Below, piece by piece: positions 25,734 to 35,970 of a stretch of 64,000 bases of DNA (the stretch's first letter is position 1; every line of letters starts with the position of its first letter). This stretch comes from Bdellovibrionales bacterium Ga0074137 (GTDB taxonomy: Bacteria > Bdellovibrionota > Bdellovibrionia > Bdellovibrionales > JAMPXM01). The notes beneath the pieces were generated by a model, which worked only from the letters and a program-made list of their open reading frames with translations, did no database searches and had not been told where the DNA came from. The stretch is taken from positions 19,625 to 83,624 of the forward strand of contig LNDT01000018.1 of the NCBI GenBank assembly GCA_001464715.1, given 5' to 3'. The position numbers and the translations under genes are program-made.

Positions 25734-26720
25734 TTAGTTCGGCTTTTCGCTGTCAGCGATTTTTTCCAGGGCGCGAAGCATTTCTTGGAATTCCTCGGGG
25801 TCTTTTGTGTTTCGGTAAACGGATTCGAAGATGTAGGCCGTGCCTTCGGAGGTGTTTTGCCAACGCTCGACCATGTACGGGGCGCTAATTTCGTCGACAC
25901 TTTCGGGGATGGTGCCGTTTTCGATGGCGCGCCGGAAGGCTCGGTAGAAAGCCATTCCATCGCTGAACTTCTCGTCGACCTTTTTCATCACTCGGCGCGT
26001 TTCGCGATAGACACCGCGAAGCTCTGGGTCGGTCAGCACGCGAGTTTCGATGGGAACTTGGATGTAGGCGGCGTCATGCGGATCTGTGGCACGATCTTCT
26101 GCGCGGTTTTTTACAACGGTGCGTTCGTCGATGGGAAGGCCACGAGACTTTAATTGTTTGATTCCGTAATCGAGGTTCTCTGCGCCGCCGGGATATGTTC
26201 CGGATGAATTATCGATAAGCATGGTTCGTCCGTTGCGACGAACGATTTCGCCGGTGGCCAAAAACTGCGAATCTTTGCCGAATTCATTTTGCAGAACCCG
26301 CATGAGGCCCGAGTGAGACCCCAGAAACTGCGGGCTCGGATTTCGACCATTGGGATTCAAGTTTCGGTTGAGGATCACCACGTGGCCGCGGCTATCGATG
26401 CCCCAAACGTAAATTCCGTCCTCCAGCTGAACCAACGCGTCTGCGTGATTCGTATTTGATGTTGAAAGCACTCGTGTGGATTTTCGTAGCCTCGAAAGAT
26501 CAGTGACTTTTGCGGCCTGCGCTTTTTTTGCAGCGACTGATTGTTTGGGTCGTCGCCATTTAAGTGCTGCGGGCTTTTGTTCGGGAACAAGTTTTTGAAA
26601 GGCGAGATTGCACGGACCTTCGGTGCCCGCCGTCGGGCTTGCGGCTGAGATTTTGTAAGGGAACAAAACCCCTGCGAAAGCAGACAACACGATTGCGAGC
26701 GCCCCGAATTTTAAATTCAT
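25734..26720 (-). CDS. secreted hypothetical protein
   Basis: Signal peptide MNLKFGALAIVLSAFAGVLFPYKISAA. No recognised catalytic motif. Immediately upstream of, and co-oriented with, the HExxH protein (15-nt gap). Confidence 0.6.
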   Translation of the reverse strand: MNLKFGALAIVLSAFAGVLFPYKISAASPTAGTEGPCNLAFQKLVPEQKPAALKWRRPKQSVAAKKAQAAKVTDLSRLRKSTRVLSTSNTNHADALVQLEDGIYVWGIDSRGHVVILNRNLNPNGRNPSPQFLGSHSGLMRVLQNEFGKDSQFLATGEIVRRNGRTMLIDNSSGTYPGGAENLDYGIKQLKSRGLPIDERTVVKNRAEDRATDPHDAAYIQVPIETRVLTDPELRGVYRETRRVMKKVDEKFSDGMAFYRAFRRAIENGTIPESVDEISAPYMVERWQNTSEGTAYIFESVYRNTKDPEEFQEMLRALEKIADSEKPN

Positions 26721-26738
26721 CGCTGGCGCCGATCGCTA

Positions 26739-28601
26739 TTAATTGGCTTCACTTGCTGCCGAGCGCGGCACTGGTTCAGCGGCTTTATTCATGAGATCCA
26801 AGAAGGCAGGTGCCTCCATAAATCCAGTCACCGTGAGATCCGTGCGAAGCTGACCATTGCGATCATAGAACACCATCGTGGGAAGTCCCATAACGCTGTA
26901 CTTTTTCTTGAGGCGATCGATTTCGGGAGAATCGTTGGTCGCATCGATTTTAAATAAGACGAATTTTTTCGACAGTTCTTGGATGCGAGCATCCGGAAAA
27001 GTTTTTTCCTCGAGCTCGTGGCAAGCTCCGCACCAGTCCGCCCAGAAGTCGAGAAGTACGGGCGTATTTGAATCAATGGCCGCTTGAAGAGCTTGATCCG
27101 AGTACGGCTGCCACTCAAGCTTTGCGACCGAAGTTTTCTGCGCTCCGCCGCCGGTCGACGCGATCTGAAATCCAGTTTTCTCAAGGGTCGAAGCCATCAT
27201 CAGTGCGATACCGATACAAAACGCAGCGACGGCGGCTCCTTTTTTAACTTGGGCGCCGCCGGTGGTGGCCGGAGCGAAAACTCCGTACGCGCTGGCGATG
27301 AGAATCATCGCAAGACCAATTAGCGCGCGAACAGCCCAGTCAGGATAAACGGGGGCGACATAATAGATCGCCATGCCCACCATCGTGGTCCCGAAGACAA
27401 ATTTGACTCCATCCATCCATGCGCCCGCCCTCGGAACTTTTCCAAGAAGTGAAGACGATGTGCCAAGAGCCACAAAGAGAACGCCCATTCCCATGGCGAA
27501 ACTGAACAGTAGAATAAAGCCCAGCATTTTGTCTTGAGTCTGCGCGATGTACGCGAGGACACTGACAAGAACAGGTCCGATACAGGGACTTGCAACAATA
27601 CCGGCAGCAAGGCCCGTTAAGTACGAACCAGCGAATCCAGTTTCAGTCTTACCTTGTCCCATACGGTCGCGAATAAACGCAGGCGCCTGGATTTCAAAGA
27701 GCCCATACATCGAAAGGCCCATGACTACAAAAAGCAGAGCGAGGCCCGAGACGACGTAAATATTGGAGAGTGCCGAACCAAAAAGTGCGCCGGTGCTGGC
27801 GGCAGTCACTCCAAGAATCGAGTACGTGGTTGCGATTCCAAGCACATAAATGATCGAGATTAAAAAGCTGCGAGCCTTCGACTGGTTCTTCGCGCGGGCA
27901 CCGAGGATGGCGAGAGTGATCGGAATCATCGGATAAATGCAAGGCGTGAGAGACGTCAAAAATCCAGCGACCAACATAAAAAGAACCGCGGACAATAATC
28001 CGCCGCTGATGGCCTTTTCGAATTCTCCGGATCCACCACCGACACTTGTTTCGCTGACGACTGGATCCGCTTGAGCGGGGCGGCGATCGCCCTTTACAGA
28101 ATCAGTCTTCGCGACCGAATTGGTCACGACAACAGCGGGCGCCAGCGAGATATGTTTTGGGAAAAGACAGTGCTCTGTCGTGCACGCTTGATACGTGAGC
28201 TTTAATTTCACTGATTTAGGATCGGGCGTCGGAAGAGTCAGCTTTGCCGACATTGTTCCGGTCTTCTGAATTCCGTCCTTCATTTTTTTACTGAAGGTAT
28301 CCATAAACTGAACAAGCGGAGTCAGCTGAATAGCTTCAAGTTTCGCTCCGGGGGGCTCTTCAACGACGAGTTTAAATTTGTCGGCGTAAGCTTTGTAAGG
28401 AGCGTCCAATTGGATGTCGATAAAGACATTTCCGGTTTTCGATTCTTTTGAACCAAGTTCGATCCGTGCGGTTGCTTTTAGTGGGGCGTCATTAACGTCT
28501 TCAGAAGCGGCCACGGGCGCAGAGAATGACAAAGCTCCGACAAAGGTCGCCATTAATCCGACGATGAAACTCAAACGATGTGTCGACATTTTTAACCTCA
28601 C
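26739..28601 (-). CDS. dsbD: thiol:disulfide interchange protein DsbD
   Basis: N-terminal periplasmic domain, a polytopic core with LTPCIYPMIP and ASPCIGP Cys motifs, and a C-terminal thioredoxin fold LLDFWADWCGACHELE. Confidence 0.9.
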   Translation of the reverse strand: MRLKMSTHRLSFIVGLMATFVGALSFSAPVAASEDVNDAPLKATARIELGSKESKTGNVFIDIQLDAPYKAYADKFKLVVEEPPGAKLEAIQLTPLVQFMDTFSKKMKDGIQKTGTMSAKLTLPTPDPKSVKLKLTYQACTTEHCLFPKHISLAPAVVVTNSVAKTDSVKGDRRPAQADPVVSETSVGGGSGEFEKAISGGLLSAVLFMLVAGFLTSLTPCIYPMIPITLAILGARAKNQSKARSFLISIIYVLGIATTYSILGVTAASTGALFGSALSNIYVVSGLALLFVVMGLSMYGLFEIQAPAFIRDRMGQGKTETGFAGSYLTGLAAGIVASPCIGPVLVSVLAYIAQTQDKMLGFILLFSFAMGMGVLFVALGTSSSLLGKVPRAGAWMDGVKFVFGTTMVGMAIYYVAPVYPDWAVRALIGLAMILIASAYGVFAPATTGGAQVKKGAAVAAFCIGIALMMASTLEKTGFQIASTGGGAQKTSVAKLEWQPYSDQALQAAIDSNTPVLLDFWADWCGACHELEEKTFPDARIQELSKKFVLFKIDATNDSPEIDRLKKKYSVMGLPTMVFYDRNGQLRTDLTVTGFMEAPAFLDLMNKAAEPVPRSAASEAN

Positions 28602-28734
28602 CCGAAGCCTTTCGGCGACTCAGCCCGATATCTAAATATAGCACGTCTCAACACGATGCAATTGTGTGGATTTTCCGATAGTTTAATTATTTGCGTCTGA
28701 AACTTCGACAGGGCTTAGGCCGTGCCTCAAGTGA

Positions 28735-29616
28735 TCAACGCACCACCGTCGCGACATCATCGCAAAGTCGGCCAAATTCTTGCCTTGCTGCGACTCGCTC
28801 CTGGCGCGATGCCACGATGGAAAAATAGCCCATTTGCCCGAAGTGATCGAGGCGATAGGGTCCGTGGGCTCGACCCCAGTTCTGGCTTCCGATCGGAATG
28901 AAGCCATCGCTGGGTGCAAAGACATCGCTCGAAGTCAGGAGCCCGCGTATCATTTCGAGACGCCCGACGCCGTGGAGGCGGGGATAGAACCCAAGGAAAT
29001 AGCGAGAGACCAACCGCAATGGAACCGCACAAATAAACGCGTGTTCGGCGGAGGCGTTTCCTATGGGGTATTTCAAATTAAAAGTATCGAGGCTCTGCGG
29101 ACTGTAGTGCCGAAATGTTTCCGAATTTTCAGCGACGTCATAGCCGACTGAAGCCAGGAGACGCGCGAGAGTCGGGTTCTTTTCAGTAAAGTCGACGGCG
29201 AAGTTCGCAGCGAGGGTGCCACGATGAGGCGTGCCGATCGAGATAATGTTTTTCACAAGAAGGTTCGAGGGATTCGACTTTAAATCTGTCGATAAGCGAT
29301 GGGCAACGACGCGCGCAACAAGACCGCCCATCGATTGTCCCAAGAGATGAACTGCAGTTCCCGGAGTGAAGCCCGGAATCGTCAAAATTTTTTTAGACAG
29401 CTGCTGAAGCGCCAGATCGGCCTGAGCCTCCGGCGACCCAAGTCCAAGACCGTCGATAGAAATAAAGCTGAAACCGCGGCTTTCAAAAGCCGACTGTAAG
29501 TGAAGATCCATGCGGCCCAGCGTGACTGGACCTAAGTGCAGCAGGTCGTCGCCAAAAGTATTAAGGCCATGAAAGAACACGACGATTGGATTTGAGCTCA
29601 TAGAATTTGGCCTCAC
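28735..29616 (-). CDS. alpha/beta-hydrolase, lipase/esterase-like
   Basis: VVFFHGLN oxyanion region and the nucleophile elbow HLLGQSMGGLV (GxSxG). Confidence 0.8.
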   Translation of the reverse strand: MRPNSMSSNPIVVFFHGLNTFGDDLLHLGPVTLGRMDLHLQSAFESRGFSFISIDGLGLGSPEAQADLALQQLSKKILTIPGFTPGTAVHLLGQSMGGLVARVVAHRLSTDLKSNPSNLLVKNIISIGTPHRGTLAANFAVDFTEKNPTLARLLASVGYDVAENSETFRHYSPQSLDTFNLKYPIGNASAEHAFICAVPLRLVSRYFLGFYPRLHGVGRLEMIRGLLTSSDVFAPSDGFIPIGSQNWGRAHGPYRLDHFGQMGYFSIVASRQERVAARQEFGRLCDDVATVVR

Positions 29617-29650
29617 AACGAGACTGAAGTCTCAAAAACCTCATCGCTTA

Positions 29651-29678
29651 TCAACACGTTTCTCAAAAGAGCCGAAAG
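29651..29678 (+). promoter_or_regulatory. weak sigma-28 (FliA)-like promoter candidate upstream of motA
   Basis: TCAA-N16-GCCGAAAG compared with the consensus TAAA-N15-GCCGATAA. Only a partial match. Confidence 0.2.
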
Positions 29679-29696
29679 AACAGATGAGGTGTTTTC

Positions 29697-30557
29697 ATGG
29701 GTATAGTTGGCGCGGTCATGGTGTTCGTCTGTGTGTTTGGAGCCTACGTGGCCCACGGCGGACATTTGTACATTTTATGGCAACCACTCGAATTGGTCAT
29801 CATCGGCGGAGCCGCTCTGGGCGGATACGTCATCGGAAATCCGATTTCGACGATGAAGATGGGTCTCAAAAAAGCAATGCACGGGTGGATTGGAAAAGGC
29901 CCTTCGAAGTCAGATTATCTGGAGCTTCTGCAGCTGCTCTTTCAGCTTTTTCAGATCTTTCGAAAAGATGGACCTCAGGCTGTTGAACGTCACATTGAAG
30001 AGCCCGAGAAGTCTGAGATATTCAAAGCGTATCCATCGTTTCTAAAAAATCACCACGCCGTCGATTTCTTGTGCGACACAATGAAGATCACTCTTTCGGC
30101 AGATCTTTCGCAGTATGATGTCGACGATCTTTTGACCAATGATATTAAAGCCGCTCACGTCGAAGAGCACCAAGCGTCACATGCCGTGAATCAAATTGCG
30201 GAAGCTCTGCCTGGTCTTGGAATCGTCGCGGCCGTTTTGGGTATCGTTCATACAATGGGTCTTCTTGATCAGGGTACCGAGGTTATTGGTAACTCAGTGG
30301 GTGTCGCCCTCGTCGGAACGTTCCTTGGAGTTTTGATGTGCTACGGCTTCGTCGGACCCACGGTCACAAAGATGAACAACGATATCGAGGCCGAAGGCCG
30401 CTATCTTGAAGTTATCAAATCAGCTCTGATCGCTCTTCAGCGTGGATCTCCTCCACTGGTTTGTGTGGAGTTCGCCCGAAGAACGATTCTTCCCAACGAA
30501 CGTCCGACATTCTCGGAAGTCGATGCAGCATCTAAGGGAGCAAAGAAGGCCGCCTAA
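29697..30557 (+). CDS. motA: flagellar motor stator protein MotA
   Basis: The N-terminus GAYVAHGGHLYILWQPLELVIIGGAALGGYVIGNP parallels E. coli MotA. 4-TM layout. Canonical length of 286 aa. Confidence 0.9.
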   Translation: MGIVGAVMVFVCVFGAYVAHGGHLYILWQPLELVIIGGAALGGYVIGNPISTMKMGLKKAMHGWIGKGPSKSDYLELLQLLFQLFQIFRKDGPQAVERHIEEPEKSEIFKAYPSFLKNHHAVDFLCDTMKITLSADLSQYDVDDLLTNDIKAAHVEEHQASHAVNQIAEALPGLGIVAAVLGIVHTMGLLDQGTEVIGNSVGVALVGTFLGVLMCYGFVGPTVTKMNNDIEAEGRYLEVIKSALIALQRGSPPLVCVEFARRTILPNERPTFSEVDAASKGAKKAA

Positions 30558-30576
30558 TCGCAGTCTTTAGAAAACT

Positions 30577-31482
30577 ATGGCAGAAAAAAAAGCGACCATC
30601 GTCATTAAAAAAATCACAGTCGTCGGGGGCGGAGCCCACGGCGGAGCATGGAAAGTTGCATTTGCAGATTTCATGACGGCGATGATGGCGTTCTTTCTCG
30701 TCATGTGGCTTCTCGCGACACAAAGTGAACAGTCAAAGAAAGCTGTCGCCGACTATTTCTCGACACCCTCCGTGATCGAATACGAATTCAACAACTACGG
30801 TGTCGAACTCACTCTTGAAAAGCTCTTCATGGATCTCGTGAACGAGCCTCTGAAAGTGTTCCAAGCCTTTGTTAATCCCATGGATCGTACGCCCAACGTG
30901 ATGGCGATGGGTATGAAGAAGGTTGTCGCAGCTCACTTGATGTCTCAGCTGGGAGAAGTGGCCACAAACATCAACGTGACTCCCGACACGATTGTTTTTG
31001 AAATCCCAGATCTCTTTTTGTTTAAACCCGGTACGACAATGCCTTCGGCCCAGTTTGTCGCGGTGATGGATAAGGTCAAAGGAATCACGACGGGTCTTCA
31101 AGACGCCGACATTCAAATTACGTCGGTTGTTTTTACAGAATCTGTCTACGGCGGTGATGCTCGAGTCGCACAAAATGTCGCCGAAGAACGTCTTGCTGTT
31201 GTTGAACTTCAAGTGAAGGGTTCGCTCGAGCACGAGTCTGTCGGCGTCTCGGGCACGGCCGTTCAGCAGCCGGACTCTCGCGGCGCGGGAGAAAATCAGG
31301 CCGGCGGTGGACTGCTTCGAATCGAAATCCGTCAGCGCCCCGAAACCTCGACCGGAAAAAAACCGCGCGCACTGGAAGAAGGCGTGTTCGGGGCCAAAAG
31401 TCCCGAGCAAAAAACCTACAGTGAGTACGTTAAAAAACTTTCCGAGAAAAAATCTGTTCGCCGACCTGCCCGCAAAGAGTAA
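30577..31482 (+). CDS. motB: flagellar motor stator protein MotB (divergent C-terminal domain)
   Basis: [25 protein letters not shown] contains the conserved plug/TM region with the essential Asp. The OmpA-like motifs are degenerate: there is no GHTD and no SNWELSxxRA. Confidence 0.8.
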   Translation: MAEKKATIVIKKITVVGGGAHGGAWKVAFADFMTAMMAFFLVMWLLATQSEQSKKAVADYFSTPSVIEYEFNNYGVELTLEKLFMDLVNEPLKVFQAFVNPMDRTPNVMAMGMKKVVAAHLMSQLGEVATNINVTPDTIVFEIPDLFLFKPGTTMPSAQFVAVMDKVKGITTGLQDADIQITSVVFTESVYGGDARVAQNVAEERLAVVELQVKGSLEHESVGVSGTAVQQPDSRGAGENQAGGGLLRIEIRQRPETSTGKKPRALEEGVFGAKSPEQKTYSEYVKKLSEKKSVRRPARKE

Positions 31483-31500
31483 TCACCAAAGGAGGCGTGC

Positions 31501-31896
31501 ATGAATTTCTATTCGGCATTTTTCTTTCGTGGTGTGCTTTTGACGGTGGTGCTCACGGTGGCACCGTGGGCCCTTGCCAATCCTTCGAGTTCGATTCCCA
31601 AGGCCCAGTTTCGTCAGCAGTTTGAAGTCAATTTGCTAAAAGGATTCTGCGAGGAATCTAAGTTTGCGAGCGAATGCTTCGATATGGACACCCAAACGTG
31701 CAAGGCCAACGTAAAGTCGTCTCTCGTCAAGTGCTTTAGTCAAAATCCAAGTCTCGAAAATATCCCCCAAGATAAAGCCGCGGACTACGGAATTAAATTG
31801 GGCCGATGTGTTGGCAAAAACTTTGAGATGCGAAACAAGTCGAAGCTTCGCAAAACAAACGAGTGCCAGAATCCACTAGAATGGTTGGGAAAATGA
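31501..31896 (+). CDS. secreted Cys-rich hypothetical protein
   Basis: Signal peptide ending APWALA, multiple Cys. Begins 18 nt after motB. Confidence 0.55.
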   Translation: MNFYSAFFFRGVLLTVVLTVAPWALANPSSSIPKAQFRQQFEVNLLKGFCEESKFASECFDMDTQTCKANVKSSLVKCFSQNPSLENIPQDKAADYGIKLGRCVGKNFEMRNKSKLRKTNECQNPLEWLGK

Positions 31897-33740
31897 AACT
31901 TATCAGTGTGACATCAGTGATCGTCATAATGAGCATGATGCCAGCCGCTGCATCTGCCAACTGCGCTAGCGACGCCAATTGGTCCAAAACATCCCGGCAG
32001 ATTGATGAACTCGCTCAAATTGCTCAGTGCGGAAAAACATTTTCGCAGAGCGAATGTCGATCAAATCTGGCATTGACGGCCGGTGGTGTGGCCGCAACCC
32101 TTGGAGCCTCGGTCGGTGCGAGCGCCGCCTACCGAATACGCCGTAGGCCGAAGCTTTGTGGAATCCGCGGATTTTCGGGATCTGATTTTGAGACGTCGAC
32201 GAAACCATTCACAGTTTTTTTGTTGGAAAAGTTTGCTTCAACGGCTCACGCAGCGACCTGTGCCGATCCTGCTCAAGAGATGGCTCGTCACGTACGGAAC
32301 CACTTTGGACAGGCGGCGGATGAAATTGAAGACTCCGTTCGTAAAGCGGGCCGTGCGAAGCTGGCTGCAGAACATCCAAGACTCACTCAAATCGCCGATG
32401 AACAGATTAGTATCCAGCGAACAATCGCAAGTGCAAAGCCCGATGTGAAGGCGCGAGATGCAGATTCGAGACGAGCTTGGCTGGAAGCGGACAACAAGCG
32501 TTACAGAGCTCTTCAAGATGAAGCCGATCAGCTGATGGGCCGACTTAAAATCACAAATGAAAACGGTCGCGTCGTTCGCACAACAATTCCTTCCTTTAAT
32601 AACCCAGAAGTAGCAAAAATGAATGCTATCTTCGATGACTTGATTCGGTCTCGAGACGGCGCTCTTGATCCCAATGGAACCGAGCGCAAGCATGTCGTCA
32701 AAAGTTTTGTCTCTCGCTATCCCAACGAATTTTCAAAGTCGGCCACATCGCTCAAAGAACTTTCCGTTTTGCAAACAGAGATCAATACGAAGTCTGTATC
32801 TCCAGAGCGACTGGCTGCAATGCTAGATTCGCTAGCGGAAAAAGTGCCGTCACATCAGCTGGCTCGGCTGGCTTATCTGCGCACGGAGCTCACTCAGCGT
32901 TTTCCAAAAATTCCCGGCGCAGGTGCGGCCAGTCGGATGGCGCGGGAAGGGTTCAAACTTCTCGGTAAAGCCGGTGGCGGTGCCTTCGCTCTTGCTACTG
33001 GAGCCGCTGCCTATGCGTCGGACCGCGATTCAAGCCGTTCTTTGGGAGACCGCGTCCTCACAGACTTCGTCGGAGCGAGCTCGGTTGGATGTGCGCAGGT
33101 CGATTCGGAATGGGCGACCGTCGAAGGTGATGGTGATTGCAGCTACCGTCCGCGTTGGAACGCGAAAACGACGGACTTCGCTCTTCAACCAGAAGAGGTT
33201 CAGCGACGAGAGCTGACACGGCATCCAAAGATGTGTGACGTCATCGCAAAAGTGCACGCTGAGCTTTTGTCATCGTCGATCGAAGTGAGCTGCAAAGACG
33301 GCGGGGCGTTGATTCGCGATAACCGACGACGGTTTTCGATGGATGTTTCGTACGATTCAAAGGGTCTTGTGAAGCGCGCTGTGGTGACCGGTGCTGGAAG
33401 AAGGCACGAAGAGTACGATATGAGGTTTGATGGTGATCAACTGGAACTCGTTCGTTTTCCAGAGACGTCAGCCTTCGGCAATGCCGGTCGGTCTGTGGAT
33501 TTCGACGATCCGAAATTTAAGACGTCTGAAATCCGAAGAGGTGTCGCCAGCACCAAAGACTCTCCCACCGCACTTTTAGAGAATGCCGAAGAGCATTTTG
33601 CGATGATGCAGCCGCAAGTACATCATGCTCAAGCGTGCTGCAGTGGAGGACTTGATTCTTCGGACACGAGGTGTGCGAATCTTTCCAAAGGGTCTTCGAC
33701 GGGAAAAAATCCCGCCAGTGGCTCCGGCACAAATCGCTAA
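31893..33740 (+). CDS. secreted hypothetical protein (615 aa)
   Basis: The ATG at 31893 overlaps the upstream stop (ATGA). Signal MKLISVTSVIVIMSMMPAAASA. Two Gly/Ala-rich hydrophobic stretches. No recognised domain. Confidence 0.6.
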   Translation: MKLISVTSVIVIMSMMPAAASANCASDANWSKTSRQIDELAQIAQCGKTFSQSECRSNLALTAGGVAATLGASVGASAAYRIRRRPKLCGIRGFSGSDFETSTKPFTVFLLEKFASTAHAATCADPAQEMARHVRNHFGQAADEIEDSVRKAGRAKLAAEHPRLTQIADEQISIQRTIASAKPDVKARDADSRRAWLEADNKRYRALQDEADQLMGRLKITNENGRVVRTTIPSFNNPEVAKMNAIFDDLIRSRDGALDPNGTERKHVVKSFVSRYPNEFSKSATSLKELSVLQTEINTKSVSPERLAAMLDSLAEKVPSHQLARLAYLRTELTQRFPKIPGAGAASRMAREGFKLLGKAGGGAFALATGAAAYASDRDSSRSLGDRVLTDFVGASSVGCAQVDSEWATVEGDGDCSYRPRWNAKTTDFALQPEEVQRRELTRHPKMCDVIAKVHAELLSSSIEVSCKDGGALIRDNRRRFSMDVSYDSKGLVKRAVVTGAGRRHEEYDMRFDGDQLELVRFPETSAFGNAGRSVDFDDPKFKTSEIRRGVASTKDSPTALLENAEEHFAMMQPQVHHAQACCSGGLDSSDTRCANLSKGSSTGKNPASGSGTNR

Positions 33741-33745
33741 GGCGT

Positions 33746-35206
33746 CTACTTTTTGAGGATAGCCTTTGGCAGTAAGCCGTCGGTGTAGCCACCACGGCGA
33801 AGCTCGCGGGGATGTTTGTAATTTACGAAACGTCCTTCATCGACCAAGAATTCACCCTGGAACGACTTCTCTGGAAGATCGTAAAGATTTGCTTCCGCGC
33901 GAACAATTGTGGCTGTGAGTTTGTCAGCGGTGACAGTTTTCTTAAATGTGACGGCCGAAGGCATCGAATCAACTTCATATGTTCCGGTTTCGATAACTGA
34001 AGAGTCATCTGCTAAGCGAAGGATCTGTTTTGGTCGCGAGCTCGAGTTCGGTTTTTCGACGCGGACTTCATCTTTCGTCAGAATCCACTCAAAGATCTCT
34101 GGTGACGAAGCGGTTTTGTAGCGAGTGAGCGCTGAATCACCCAAGGACTCTTTTGCGTAAACTTTTATGACTCGAGTCCCAGCGGGAAGAAGGTCTTGAA
34201 GAAACGCAATGGCGCGGTTTTCAACGCGTGTGCAGCCAAAACTGCGCGGGTCCGAATAGAACTGAGCCAGCTGAGATTTAGAAAGTTGAATGAAAGAGTC
34301 TTTGTCGGCGCCCCAACCAAGTGTTCCATGAGTCCACTGAGCATCGGCATTAGGTCCGATCTTAGCGGTGTACCATCCGAAAGCTCCACGCACGAGACCT
34401 TTGGATTTGTCGCTTGGGTTTGGCATCAGATATTTTTGAGTCCAGGCTTCAAGTCCCGCGCCCGGCATTGGGACCGACGCAAGCTTCGCATCGTACCAAG
34501 ATGGAAAAAGTCCCTGCGAATCCTGGTAGAATTTGATCCACTTTTCAATCTTGTAACTGCCAAGAGACGTGCGGCGTGTTTTCGCAGGATCATTTTCTCC
34601 TGCAATCATATCTGTTTCAAAAATCAAGCGATGAGGCGCGCCAGGTGACGTGGCGACCTCGTAAACACGCAGTTTTTCGGTCGCGATATTTTGGATCATA
34701 ATGTAGCGGTCCGCATTTGATTGTTCCGCCGTGATAGCGACGGGCGTCTTCTTCAAGTACTTAAGCGGTACGTAAGCCTGTTTGACTTTCGCTGGTGTTT
34801 TCTTAGGAACCTGGGCCGCCTTGGGCGCAGGTGTCTGGGCCACTCGTGGCGGTACAGGAGCCGAGTTGTCGTTAAACTCCACACGCACGACCTGATCTGG
34901 TCCGACGGGTGCCGGATCGACGATGCGAACGGGTTCATTTCTTTCAAGAACCTCTGTTGTGAGCTCTGGATTTTCATCGGGAGTGGTTCGTGTTCTCAAC
35001 CGGTCGGGAGCTACGTACGCGGTATCGCCAACTTCAGCGTCGCCGGGCCGAATGTCGCCAACAACTGTTTCAACGGCAACGTCGCCCGTGTTGGGAGCCT
35101 GAACTTCGCGCCATTCCGATTGTCCGCAAGCGCCAAGTACTAGAGCCAAGGCAGAGCCAATGAGACCCGAAGTCATATTTGTCATTTTCATCTTTTTCAT
35201 TTTCAT
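33746..35206 (-). CDS. L,D-transpeptidase-like lipoprotein (YkuD-type catalytic motif)
   Basis: Lipobox LVLGACGQ. WTHGT ... SFGCTRVEN resembles the YkuD H...S-x-G-C-x-R-x-x-N motif, although the His-Cys spacing is longer than usual. Confidence 0.7.
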   Translation of the reverse strand: MKMKKMKMTNMTSGLIGSALALVLGACGQSEWREVQAPNTGDVAVETVVGDIRPGDAEVGDTAYVAPDRLRTRTTPDENPELTTEVLERNEPVRIVDPAPVGPDQVVRVEFNDNSAPVPPRVAQTPAPKAAQVPKKTPAKVKQAYVPLKYLKKTPVAITAEQSNADRYIMIQNIATEKLRVYEVATSPGAPHRLIFETDMIAGENDPAKTRRTSLGSYKIEKWIKFYQDSQGLFPSWYDAKLASVPMPGAGLEAWTQKYLMPNPSDKSKGLVRGAFGWYTAKIGPNADAQWTHGTLGWGADKDSFIQLSKSQLAQFYSDPRSFGCTRVENRAIAFLQDLLPAGTRVIKVYAKESLGDSALTRYKTASSPEIFEWILTKDEVRVEKPNSSSRPKQILRLADDSSVIETGTYEVDSMPSAVTFKKTVTADKLTATIVRAEANLYDLPEKSFQGEFLVDEGRFVNYKHPRELRRGGYTDGLLPKAILKK

Positions 35207-35412
35207 TCCGCCTCTGGAGGCAAACTATTCAAAAATAGGGCCCACTGCCGCGAATTTCGGCTGAAAGCCTAGTGGTTTTAGCGAGCCCTGGATCGTGCCG
35301 TATGGACACTCTTTGTCACTTCGTCGTGCCTTCAGTGCCGCGTTTGCGCCGAGGCCAATTTCCCATTTGCAAACCTCTTGATCTTGATGACCGGCTCCCT
35401 TACTTTCGATCC

Positions 35413-35970
35413 ATGTCGACAACAAGTGCTGCCAGTGAAAATTGTGTTTGTGGAAGTGGTCTTGAGTTTTCGAAATGTTGTGAGCCTTATCTTTCTGGCG
35501 ATAAAAATCCGCCGACGGCCGAAGCTCTTATGCGGTCTCGTTACGTCGCCTATGTGCAGGCAAACATCAGCTACATAAAAAGCACTTTAGCGCCTGAAAA
35601 ACGCAAAGAGTTCGATGAAGCCGGTGCTCGCGAATGGGCCACTAAATCGAAGTGGCTTGGACTTGAAATTATGAGCACCAAGCAAGGGCAGGCCGGCGAT
35701 AAAAAAGGCGTTGTTGAATTTACGGCCATTTACAAATTTAACGGTAAAAAAATTGGACATCACGAAGTCGCAGAATTTCGCCGCGATGAAAAAGACGATC
35801 GTTGGTACTTTGTCGATGCAGAGTCTCACGAGCACGCCGACGGCCAGGGGCATCACCATCACCATGCGCCGACGGCTCCCGTCGTTCGCGACCAACCCAA
35901 AGTTGGCCGCAACGATCCATGCACTTGTGGAAGTGGCCTGAAGTACAAAAAGTGTCATGGCGCCGCCTGA
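35413..35970 (+). CDS. ychJ: YchJ-family protein (SEC-C motifs flanking a UPF0225 domain)
   Basis: [13 protein letters not shown] ... [10 protein letters not shown] at the N-terminus and [16 protein letters not shown] at the C-terminus. I chose the ATG at 35413. Confidence 0.85.
   Translation: MSTTSAASENCVCGSGLEFSKCCEPYLSGDKNPPTAEALMRSRYVAYVQANISYIKSTLAPEKRKEFDEAGAREWATKSKWLGLEIMSTKQGQAGDKKGVVEFTAIYKFNGKKIGHHEVAEFRRDEKDDRWYFVDAESHEHADGQGHHHHHAPTAPVVRDQPKVGRNDPCTCGSGLKYKKCHGAA

Noticed and set aside
30733-31410. 225-aa antisense ORF inside motB
   Set aside because: The plus-strand frame has the conserved MotB TM/plug sequence and continues the operon with motA.
29697-31482. Possibility that motAB plus the downstream unknown genes form a Zorya-type defence system
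   Set aside because: ZorA proteins are much longer, with a long C-terminal tail. Here MotA is a canonical 286-aa stator, and there is no ZorC/D/E-like helicase or nuclease partner.
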